NCBI GenBank assembly: GCA_050084515.1
Contig: CM114271.1
Span: 31,992,001-32,056,000, forward strand
Reading direction: 5' to 3'
DNA from: Blasia pusilla
Lineage: Eukaryota
DNA length: 64,000 nt
In this document: positions 1 to 10,912 of the stretch, in pieces
How the letters are laid out: every line of letters begins with the position of its first letter
How positions within the stretch are numbered: the first letter of the stretch is position 1
The notes under the pieces: model-generated
Databases searched by the model: none
What the model was told of the DNA's origin: nothing
The model's input: the letters and a program-made list of their open reading frames with translations, nothing else
Made by a program: the position numbers and the translations under genes

Positions 1-291
1 GACTTGGTGTTTGACTTAGTGGGACTTTCAGGGGCAAGTATCAAAGGCGCCTGGCAGAGTGGCAGGAACATTCTCTGCCTCGAGGGAAGGCAGGAACTAT
101 TTGACCTTTGCAAGGAGGCAAAGGCAGAATACGAAAGGCTCGTTGGGGCGTACAACTCTCCACCGAAGCCGAGAGCTCCGGTTCCAGACCCACCCTTGGT
201 AGTGACTCCATCGTCACTTCCAACGATTCCAAAAATCGGGAGGGCAAGGCCGAAAGTAATTTTGCAAGAGCTCTCAGACGATGACGAGTGA
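1..291 (+). pseudogene. C-terminal fragment resembling the SAM-binding end of a beta-class N4/N6 DNA methyltransferase (truncated by window edge)
   Basis: DLVFDLVGLSGASIKGAWQSGRNILCLEGRQELFDLCKEAKAE aligns by eye with the N6_N4_Mtase C-terminal pattern DxVLDPFxGSGxTxxAAxxLGRxxIGIExxxxYxxxAxxR; nearby palindromes (519-619) match those of the 4942-15300 element. Confidence 0.5.
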
Positions 292-1091
292 GTTCAAAGA
301 ACTCAACGACCCAGCTTGACTGCAGCGTTTGGAGTAGGGAGTTTTTTGATGATGAGGCAAAAGATTTCATAGAATAGATCAAATGTACAGTTCCGAGCTT
401 TTTTCAGATGATATAAAGCATAAGATTTTTTCGAACGATGGTGGTGCTTGTAAAAGTTTGCTAAACATTTTTTGTCTTTTCGAATGTGATCGTCTATGTA
501 CTCCGCGGACTTCTATTTTGCAACCCGTCGGATTTCTCCTACTTGCAACTTTTCACTTTTTGACCACAACACCTTTTTACCACTTCCAGGCAACCTGTCG
601 GATTCCGACAGGTTGCCTGATCGGACTCTTTCCCTGTTGGTCCAACTTAAGAGGCAGTCTGGCAGGCTTCTTCCCTTGGCACCTTCCCCACAACTCGTAA
701 AGGCAGGCGTAGGCTTCTTTTCTTCTCTCAGACGTGTTGGATTCCTACTACCTGTGCGATTGCCATAATGGTATTACCGGGACGGAGCACATATTGATAC
801 TGGATGGGTGTCACATTGCAGAGCGTACAAGGTATACTGCCGAGGAAGGCGGTGGGACTCAAATCAGGTTACATGGGACCGTTATGGTGTACCTAGTGGG
901 GGGGGGGCCAAGGCTCTCGAATTTGCCAACTTTTTTCGATCCCCGTCTACAATCGGCCAGAGGAGCCACTTGTATCCCAGGACATTCCTTTGGTACTATC
1001 ACCGAGGAGAGTTAGGAGTAAATTTGTAGATGACGAGGCTGAAGAAATCCTAGACTAGGTCAAATGTACATTTCCGAGGTTCCTTCGGAGG

Positions 1092-4000
1092 AAATGATAA
1101 ATGGTAAATGGTAAATAGATCAAGCCCGTGGGACCCAAAGGGTCAAAAGGCTGAAAAACACATTACAAGTCATTCATTGACTGACCCTGAAAAAGATCCT
1201 TAAGACCTTCTCCTAGCTACAGCCTAGAGCACTTGAGCGATGAATGATGACATCCCTAATATAACAACCTAAATCATAAGGCACTAGCTGTAGTAAAGAA
1301 TAGAAATTCTCCACATCTATTTTATGAGCTAGTCTTATTTCTCCATACCTTGGACATGTAACAAACACATGCTCTTCATCCTCAATATTTTCTCCGTCAC
1401 ATAACCTACAAATTCGTTCACTTCTATCAATTTTAAACCATCGTCCTTCCTCAATTCCTAGCCTATGAGACCCAGTTCTATGACGTGCGATAATATGTCG
1501 TAAGAACGTGGAGATCCCCGCAAGTAGGTATCCTTGTTCACAATATACAAGCATAGGATTAACATGAAGTTGATAAAACTCCATTTTGGTGCCCGGACTG
1601 CTCCAAATGATGTTGAGAGATTGCTTCTGTAGATGCTCACGGAGGGCCATCGGTTTCAAGTCCCAATCGCGTTCTGCGACATTCCACTTTGAAGACCAAG
1701 TCACCACATCCGCCATCCACCCTATGGAACGTGTGGCTTGCAAAGCTTGATGAGGGAGGCGAGAAACATCAAGAGATCTCACCCTTGCGAGGTAAGTGAT
1801 GGTCAAGTAAAGAGCTTCAGCTTCTAGAGGAAGAAAACCTGTTTCCGCAAGAAGAATAGCATACGGAGTTTGGTTTCTTACACCCAATTCTTCTTGTAGA
1901 AAGATCTTTTGCACTCTTTCCACGCGCTCTCAACCTGTCTTCTTACAACTAGGGCCCCAAACTTGGGTCCCATATAAGACCACCGGCAACACTAAGCTCC
2001 TAAATAAGAATTTCCTTAGACTCCAAGACACAAGATGAGCTCTTCTACACCGGTTTAAAAATGAATATAGAGTTTTGTAACCAGCTTCTACTCTCTTTTG
2101 CACGCAAAGTGCCCAACTATAGTCATGAGAGAAATCGATGCCTAGATATTTGTAACTCTTCACTTGTTCTAATTGTAGACCTTTGTAAAAGAACGAGAAC
2201 TTGGATCTAGTACCCACTATAATGACTTTAGACTTGTCCATATTAACCTCCATCTGATTCTGGGTACAAAACCTTGCCAAAGTGTCGAGGTGCTTTTGTA
2301 AACTAATGCCATCACGTGCTAGTAATATGATATCATCTGCATACAATAGAGCTTTGATGACAAAGTCCCCAAGCTTGACCCCTTCACTATCACATTCCTC
2401 CAACCACTTTTCGATATCATCTATGAAAACTCCAAAAAGTGTAGGGGAGAGAGGGCAACCTTGAATGACTCCAATGGTGCTCAAGATCTCTTGAGTTTGT
2501 GAACCTTTGATCTTGGCCCGAACGGAATGGTATAACGTGGCCACGGCTGCTAGGAGATTTTGTGGAACTCCAATGGCTTGCAGCCTTTCCCATAAGAGCT
2601 TGCGAGGTACAGTATCAAAAGCTTTCTTGAAATCGATGAAGCCGCAAAACAAAGCTTTTCCATTGCCCTTAGATTTCTCCCATAAAACACGCAAGGCCAA
2701 GATATGATCGATGGTGTTGTATGTTGGACGAAAACCAGCTTGGACCCGTGCTCTCTTTTGGAAAGACTTTGTCCATGTGCTCAACTTCGACTCCACCAAT
2801 TTCCCAAACAACTTGGCAAAAACACTACCCACCATGATAGTGCGATAGTTTGTTACCAAGTCCTTCCTTCCTGATTTGTGAATAGGGACAATCTCCCGTA
2901 GCGACCACGTTGAAGGAAAACCATAGATAGCAGCATCACCCAATAATTTGGTGAGGATCGGTCCAATACAATCTCGGCAAAAGATATCAAAGACTTTTCG
3001 GCAAAAGATATCAAAGACTTGGGATCAAGAATAGGTTTTGAAGACCGTACTACTAACCGTCTCCAAAATGATTTGGGGTCCTCATGTAGCTCCCTTGTCA
3101 AGGACTCTTGTTTTCGCCGCAAGAAAGCTCGTTTCTTAGATTTCACCAAGTATTTGTAAAGGCTCGTCATAATAAACCGACTTGGGATATCCAAAGATTT
3201 ATCAGCTGCTCGTGCCCTTGCTTGCTTGCATTCAGAGTCAAACCACCCATTACAAGGCAGCCTCCTAGCACTTCTATCCCTGTGGCGCGAAAAGAACTTA
3301 GATGCACTGTTTTTGAGCAATTCCGTTAGTTGCATACTTGCCGTGTTTGGATCAGGGCTCTATACAATGCGAGTCAAGTGTTCTTGTAAATGTAGCATAT
3401 AAAGATCTTTTTTACCAGGATCTAAGCGAAACTTGGGAGAAGCTAAAATAGATTGACATGTCGAGAGAGGAATTTCCTTTGACAGTGAGAGAGTAAACAA
3501 GAGAGGTGCATGATCTGATTCAGGCTGAGGTTCTAGAATATCAAATGTAGAGATAAGAGAGCTATCAGCGGGCGAGGACAGAAGATAATCGATGGTGCTA
3601 GCGCCGGTAGAGGAGAAACACGTATTGGAGTGAGAGTTGGGAAAATGAGAGGTTCCATTAAGAACTTTCAAATTACAAGTGGCTCCAAAGGTTAAAAAAT
3701 ACTCTGTCAAAAGATTTGTAGAAAGATCTGAAGAGATTCTAGACCATAAACCATCCTCATATTCTTCGAGAAGAGGAGAAATCAAGGAACCACTGAATTG
3801 GGTAAATTAAGCAGTACGTGTGCGAGCATTGAAATCTCCAACTAGAAAGACTTCACCTTTGCTTTGATATTTGAGAACATCCCCAATAAGTCGATGGAAC
3901 GGTTGACTTTGATTGTGAGTGCGTGTTGAGTAGATAGGCATGGAGAGTGGTGCAAAATAACAAACTGCCAAATAACAATAAGATCTCCCAACCAAACCAA

Positions 4001-4536
4001 GACGTAGCCAATGATATTGACCCCCGATATCTTGATCTTCTAGATGAATGAGAGGTAGAAATTGAGACCTGATGAAAGTAGCAATACCGCCATAACCCCT
4101 TCATGCCCATTGCCTTCTTTGATTCCATGTCGATCCTACCAAAGTAAACCCTTGCATCTCTGCAATAGTATTGCTCTCATGTTCCCAAGTCTCCACAATA
4201 TTGATAATATCTGCCATCTCCCAAATTGGTAGAGCACTCACATACTTTGTTGTTGAAAGGCCTCGTATATTCCACATCAACACTCTCAGCTTCTTGGATT
4301 GCTAGGTTGATAACTCTCTTTTTCTCTGGGTAATAATTGCTCGACCATCACGTAGATAAGCAATAAAACCTGCTTCTTGAGCCTCTTTGACCTTTGCAAG
4401 CTCCTTTCTCCTAGCTTCGACTTGTAGAGGTGTGAGATCAGGATCCAACCATATCCTCCGTCCTTTGAGAATGGCCTTGTTAGCCATGGCAGTATCACGT
4501 TGAGTTTGATCAACAAACTTGACTACAATGGCACGA
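1092..4536 (-). mobile_element. LINE copy 1 (RTE-X-like), 5'-truncated within ORF1
   Basis: (TGGTAAA)n tail at ~1092-1117; ORF2 1213-4283 with APE motifs (WNIRGL, GDFNAR, SDH), RT (QGCPLSP, YADD) and C-terminal CxxC..H..C; several stops and an internal deletion with a 24-bp duplication near 2975. Confidence 0.95.
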
Positions 4537-4542
4537 ACAAAC

Positions 4543-4941
4543 TATTATCGCACGTCATAGAACTGGGTCTCATAGGCTAGGAATTTAGGAAGGACGATGG
4601 TTTAAAATTGATAGAAGTGAACGAATTTGTAGGTTATGTGACGCAGAAAATATTGAGGATGAAGAGCATGTGTTTGTTACATGTCCAAGGTATGAAGAAA
4701 TTAGACTAGTTCATAAAATAGATTTGGAAAATTTCTATTCTTTACTACAACTAGTGCCTTATGATTTAGGTTGTTATATTAGGGACGTCATCATCCATCG
4801 CTCAAGTGCTCTAGGCTCTAGCTAGGAGAAGGTCTTAAGGATTTTTTTCAAGTTCAGTGAATGAATGACTTGTAATGTGTTTTTCAGCCTTTTGACACTT
4901 TGGGTCCCACGGGCTTGATCTATTTACCATTTACCATTTAC
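4543..4941 (+). mobile_element. LINE 3'-end fragment joined 5'-to-5' with copy 1
   Basis: Matches the ORF2 zinc-finger end, 3'UTR and TTTACCA tail of the other copies. Confidence 0.93.
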
Positions 4942-6239
4942 TACAGAAACACAGGGAAAAGTAGTGCAACTTGCAACCCGTCAGAACTCGATGGGTTGTA
5001 GTCTATAGAGACTTGTTGGTGAATTTACAACCCGTCGCTTTCAAACGGATTGCAACACCGCAGACACAAGGTGTTGGGATCCGACGGGTTGCATGCACAT
5101 ATGCAACCCGTTGGAGCTTGACGGGTTGAATTTTTGTTAAACTAAATTCTTTGAATAAGAGAACTTACCTGGACTTAACTCGTCGCCGATCAGAGTGGAT
5201 ACCTGATCAGAGTGGATATCCATGATTGTGTTGTCCTCCACTTCAGCGACCTCTTCATGCAGTGAAGCTTGAAGAGCTCATCTTCGCTACCTCCAATGAG
5301 GACCAAGAAACAACCCCTGTCACTTAGATACGCGTCCGCAAAAGAAAACAACAACGCGATCTTGTCGTACGAAAGCGGGACATTCCAGTCTGGGACAGTG
5401 TCAGACGGATTGTTGTCCCACAAGAAAAACCTAGAAGGCAAATCCCAAGAATGAGGAGGTCCACCGCCACCTCCTCAACCACCCCATGCACCGTCTAGGG
5501 GGCGTGCCCGTTTCGAAGGAGTTTTCGTCCCAACACGGTCAATTTGTCGATGGCAAGTGTCGACTCCTGAGAACTGAAACTCAGCAGCTCATCGACAAGA
5601 TGAGTCAAGTGAACAAGGAAATTTGTCCTGGTGGTTATTTTCCTATATCTGCCCAATGATGATGGAGTGTATTCCACATCCTTATCTCCTCCCTCGAACG
5701 AACCACGCGCCTCCCGCTTCCGCTTCTCCCGAGTCTGCTGTCGTGTTGGACGAGGACCTGGTCCCGCCCTCTTGCCATGCTCGCACGGACGATTCCGCCT
5801 CTCGCCTCGAGAACTCAGCCTCTTTTCTGGAAGACTCCGCCTCGTAATTCCTCGATCCCCTCGCCTTCCTCAAACCCGCTGTGGATTTGTCTTTGGCGGT
5901 GACGACCTTGCCCACCAACTCCTCTATCTCAAGGGCTTGCTCCTCCGCATCTCCTTTGAAAAAATCTTCAGGTTGCACAAAGTTCGGAATGTTGTCCCTA
6001 CCTACGACCACTGCATCATACACCACACGTAGATTTTTTTTTGTAATGTCCTCTGGGTCGTTGAAGTCCAACCAGATTGGACAATTGTTAACCTCCTAGT
6101 CGGACATGCCTTGTCCCATCTCCATGTCGTACATAGAGAATGCCTCTCCATCAAGCGGAGAAGCCCACAATCTACAGGCTATAGGTAATTTTTGCCAAGT
6201 TCTTGCATTCTTACAATTGATGAGGTACATGTACCCCAT
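4942..6239 (-). pseudogene. 3' part of an intron-containing ParB/Srx-like + N4/N6-MTase-like gene of an unclassified element
   Basis: Joins in frame to 10913 after removing LINE copy 2 (QRVAQR-MGYMYL); VDLLIL/DLPS (frameshifted) followed by WNVP...FADAYLSDRGCFLVL resembles beta-MTase motif IV and downstream motifs; GTAAG donor at ~5168. Confidence 0.5.
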
Positions 6240-6242
6240 GTA

Positions 6243-6735
6243 CAAGCACAACCGAGTTATACACACGAAGTTGTGAGAGATTTGAGTTTCTGCACTTCTA
6301 GATTTGAGCATTTCAGATCTGAATCTTGCCGAGGCCATAACTTTGAGGTGGAGTGTCATATGAAGCTGAGATTTGGAGGCGACGTGAAGTATAAAGAGGC
6401 GCCCTAGCCCTCAGATTTGCAAGCACAACCGAGTTATACACACGAAGTTGTGAGAGATTTGAGTTTCTGCACTTTTAGATTTGAGCATTTCAGATCTGAA
6501 TCTTGCCGAGGCCATAACTTTGAGGTGGAGTGTCATATGAAGCTGAGATTTGGAGGCAACATGAAGTATAAAGAGGCGCCCTAGCCCTCAGATTTGCAAG
6601 CACAACCGAGTTATACACACGAAGTTGTGAGAGATTTGAGTTTCTGCATTTTTAGATTTGAGCATTTCAGATCTAAAGCTGAGATTTGGAGTCACGTGGA
6701 ATGTCTAGAGGCGTCTTAATCCTAGAAATTTCAAG
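6243..6735 (+). repeat. 177-bp tandem monomers (LINE 5'UTR)
   Basis: AAGCACAACCGAGTTATACACACG recurs with period 177; the third unit is internally deleted. Confidence 0.95.
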
Positions 6736-6817
6736 TACAACCAACTTCTAGAGCTGAAGTTGTGTGGTGTTGGAGATTCAATTATACTTTGTGGGATGGA
6801 GTGAAGTCGACTACAAG

Positions 6818-7574
6818 ATGACCACTCAAGACGAAATCTTGAATCTAGTGCAAGGGGTCTTGCATGAAGTGAAAGAGCTTCGACAAGAATTCAAGGTACA
6901 AACTTCTCAATTAAACCATGCACATATTCAAATCCGAGAGTTGAAGGCAACGCAAGAGGTTCTGAAGAAAGTGTTGAAAGATAGTTCTAGTGTGATGCTG
7001 GATCTTTCCAAATCTGTTGCGGATGTTCAAGAGAAGGCATCATCCTTGGTGATTACTCCCAATAGTTCAGGATTGCATGAGGTTGTTGAAACTTTAGAAG
7101 TGAAAATGAAATCTTATGCTGAAGCTACAAAGGTTGCTTATATCTCTTTCTGTCAAGAGCAAGAGATAGAAAAAGAAAACCAATTTGCCCAGTAGAAAGA
7201 ATGTGAGAATCTCAGTTTACCTGGAAACAGAGAGCGAAGAGGTGAAGAGTGTTGTCACCAAGTTCTTGGTTGATACACTTCATGTTCATAACCCGGACTT
7301 GGCTCAAGCTTTTCGTATTGGGAAAACGGGCACACAACCTCGTGCCATTGTAGTCAAGTTTGTTGATCAAACTCAACGTGATACTGCCATGGCTAACAAG
7401 GCCATTCTCAAAGGACGGAGGATATGGTTGATCCTTGATCTCACACCTCTACAAGTCGAAGCTAGGAGAAAGGAGCTTGCAAAGGTCAAAGAGGCTCAAG
7501 AAGCAGGTTTTATTGCTTATCTACGTGATGGGCGAGCAATTGTTACCCAGAGAAAAAGAGAGTTATCAACCTAG
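6818..7574 (+). pseudogene. LINE ORF1 (coiled coil + RRM-like RNA-binding protein), frameshifted
   Basis: MTTQDEIL... heptad-rich region, then RKNVRIS/PRAIVVKF/DLTP motifs typical of LINE ORF1. Confidence 0.85.
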
Positions 7575-7592
7575 CAATCCAAGAAGCTGAGA

Positions 7593-10500
7593 GTGTTGAT
7601 GTGGAATATACGAGGCCTTTCAACAACAAAGTATGTGAGTGCTCTACCAATTTGGGAGATGGTAGATATTATCAATATTGTGGAGACTTGGGAACATGAG
7701 AGCAATACTATTGCAGAGATGCAAGGGTTTACTTTGGTAGGATCGACATGGAATCAAAGAAGGCAACGGGCAGGAAGGGGTTATGGCGGTATTGCTACTT
7801 TCATAAGGTCTCAATTTCTACCTCTCATTCATCTAGAAGATCAAGATATCGGGGGTCAATATCATTGGCTACGTCTTGGTTTGGTTGGGGGATCTTATTG
7901 TTATTTGGCAGTTTGTTATTTTGCACCACTCTCCATGCCTATCTACTCAACACGCACTCACAATCGAAGTCAACCGTTCCATCGACTTATTGGGGATGTT
8001 CTCAAATATCAAAGCAAAGGTGAAGTCTTTCTAGTTGGAGATTTCAATGCTCGCACACGTACTGCTCAATTTACCCAATTCAGTGATTCCTTGATTTCTC
8101 CTCTTCTCGAAGAATATGAGGATGGTTTATGGTCTAGAATCTCTTTAGATCTTTCTACAAATCCTTTGACAGAGTATTTTTTAACCTTTGGAGCCACTTG
8201 TAATTTGAAAGTTCTTAATGGAACCTCTCATTTTCCCAACTCTCACTCCAATACGTGTTTCTCTCTCTGGCGCTTAGCACCATCGATTATCTTCTGTCCT
8301 CGCCTCACTGATAGCTCTCTTATCTCTACATTTGATATTCTAGAACCTCACCTGAATCAGATCATGCACTCTCTTGTTTACTCTCTCTTTGTCAAAAGAA
8401 ATTCTCTCTCGACATGTCAATCTATTTTAGCTTCTCCCAAGTTTCGCTTAGATCCTGGTAAAAAAGATCTTTATATGCTACATTTACAAGAACACTTGAC
8501 TCGCATTGTATGGAGCCATGATCCAAACACGGCAAGTATGCAACTAACGGAATTGCTCAAAAAAAAGTGCATCTAAGTTCTTTTCGCATGGGATAGAAGT
8601 GCTAGGAGGTCGCCTTTGTAATGGGTGGTTTGACTCGAATGCAAGCAAGCAAGGGCACGAGCAGCTGATAAATCTTTGGATATCCCAAGTCGGCTTATTA
8701 TGACGAGCCTTTACAAATACTTGGTGAAATCTAAGAAACGAGCTTTCTTTGGCGAAAACAAGAGTCCTTGACACGGGAGCTGCATGAGGACCCCAAATCA
8801 TTTTGGAGACGGTTAGTAGTACGGTCTTCAAAACCTATTCTTGATCCCAAGTCTTTGATATCTTTTGCCGAAAAGCTCTATTTCTTCCCGATGCTACGTC
8901 TATGCCACGTTGTGAAGGAATACGTGGCTTATTCTCTGAAGGAGAGGTGATGACTCAACTAAGAAGATTGGCGAATGGTAAATGTGAGGATTTGGATGGT
9001 CTTTCTATTGAACTTTTCAAGTGGGGAGGAGATTGTATTGGACCGATCCTCACCAAATTATTGGGTGATCTTTGCTATCTATGGTTTTCCTTCAACTGGT
9101 CGCACGGGAGATTGTCCCTATTCACAAATCAGGAAGGAAGGACTTGGTAACAAACTATCGCACTATCATGGTGGGTAGTGTTTTTGCCAAGTTGTTTGGG
9201 AAATTGGTGGAGTCGAAGTTGAGCACATGGACAGAGTCTTTCCAAAAGAGAGCACGGGTCCAAGCTGGTTTTCGTCCAACATACAACACCATCGATCATA
9301 TCTTGGCCTTGCGTGTTTTATGGGAGAAATCTAAGGGCAATGGAAAAGCTTTGTTTTGCGGCTTCATCGATTTCAAGAAAGCTTTTGATACTGTACCTCG
9401 CAAGCTCTTATGGGAAAGGCTGCAAGCCATTGGAGTTCCACAAAATCTCCTAGCAGCCGTGGCCACGTTATACCATTCCGTTCGGGCCAAGATCAAGGTT
9501 CACAAACTCAAGAGATCTTGAGCACCATTGAGTCATTCAAGGTTGCCCTCTCTCCCCTACACTTTTGGAGTTTTCATAGATGATATCGAAAAGTGGTTGG
9601 AGGAATGTGATAGTGAAGGGTCTAGCTTGGGGACTTTGTCATCAAAGCTCTATTGTATGCAGATGATATCATATTACTAGCACGTGATGGCATTAGTTTA
9701 CAAAAGCACCTCGACACTTTGGCAAGGTTTTGTACCCAGAATCAGATGGAGGTTAATATGGACAAGTCTAAAGTCATTATAGTGGGTACTAGATCCAAGT
9801 TCTCGTTCTTTTACAAAGGTCTACAATTAGAACAAGTGAAGAGTTACAAATATCTAGGCATCGATTTCTCTCATGATTATAGTTGGGCACTTTGCGTGCA
9901 AAAGAGAGTAGAAGCTGGTTACAAAACTCTATATTCATTTTTAAACCGGTGTAGAAGAGCTCATCTTGTGTCTTGGAGTCTAAGGAAATTCTTATTTAGG
10001 AGCTTAGTGTTGCCGGTGGTCTTATATGGGACCCAAGTTTGGGGCCCTAGTTGTAAGAAGACAGGTTGAGAGCGTGTGGAAAGAATGCAAAAGATCTTTC
10101 TACAAGAAGAATTGGGTGTAAGAAACCAAACTCCGTATGCTATTCTTCTTGCGGAAACAGGTTTTCTTCCTCTAGAAGCTGAAGCTCTTTACTTGACCAT
10201 CACTTACATCGCAAGGGTGAGATCTCTTGATGTTTCTCGCCTCCCTCATCAAGCTTTGCGAGCCACACGTTCCATAGGGTGGATGGCGGATGTGGTGACT
10301 TGGTCCTCAAAGTGGAATGTGGCAGAGCGCGATTGGGACTTGAAACCGATGGCCCTCTGTGAGCATCTACAGAAGCAATCTCTCAACATCATTTGGAGCA
10401 GTGCGGGCACCAAAATGGAGTTTTATCAACTTCATGTTAATCCTATGCTTGTATATTGTGAACAAGGATACCTACTTGCGGGGATCTCCACGTTCTTACG

Positions 10501-10785
10501 ACATATTATCGCATGTCATAGAATTGGGTCTCATAGGCTAGGAATTGAGAAGGACGATGGTTTAAAATTGATAGAAGTGAACTAATTTGTAGGTTATGTG
10601 ACGGAGAAAATATTGAGGATGAAGAGCATGTGTTTGTTACATGTCCAAGGTATGGAGAAATAAGACTAGCTCATAAAATAGATGTGGAGAATTTCTATTC
10701 TTTACTACAGCTAGTGCCTTATGATTTAGGTTGTTATATTAGGGATGTCATCATTCATCGCTCAAGTGCTCCAGGCTGTAGCTAG
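7593..10785 (+). pseudogene. LINE ORF2 (APE endonuclease - reverse transcriptase - CCHC finger)
   Basis: Motifs WNIRGL, ETW, GDFNAR, DFKKAFD, YADD, YKYLGI. Confidence 0.93.
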
Positions 10786-10912
10786 GAGAAGGTCTTAAGG
10801 ATCTTTTTCAGGGTCAGTCAATGAATGACTTGTAATGTGTTTTTCAGCCTTTTGACCCTTTGGGTCCCACGGGCTTGATCTATTTACCATTTACCATTTT
10901 ACCATTTACCAT

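Larger units (their letters stand above)
6243..10912 (+). mobile_element. LINE copy 2, full length, with about 3 5' monomers
   Basis: Monomers start at 6244, 6421 and 6598; ORF1 6818-7574; ORF2 7593-10785 (frameshifts/stops); TTTACCA tail to ~10912; CCAT microhomology at the insertion site. Confidence 0.97.

Noticed and set aside
337-1090. Diverged ~75-bp duplication (337-415 versus 1017-1095) as LTRs or element termini
   Set aside because: Too short and diverged, with no TG..CA ends or TSD; its meaning could not be established
2282-2707. Recurrent short antisense or alternate-frame ORFs in LINE copies (MSRCFCKL..., MILARTEW..., MESKKA...)
   Set aside because: They recur only because the LINE copies are near-identical; there is no independent coding evidence
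6243-6735. 177-bp arrays as a CRISPR array or a free-standing centromeric satellite
   Set aside because: There are no unique spacers, and every array is short and fused to the LINE ORF1 leader
10880-10912. (TTTACCA)n heptamer as a telomeric repeat
   Set aside because: It differs from TTTAGGG, has only 2-4 units and always sits at the LINE 3' end, so it is a microsatellite tail
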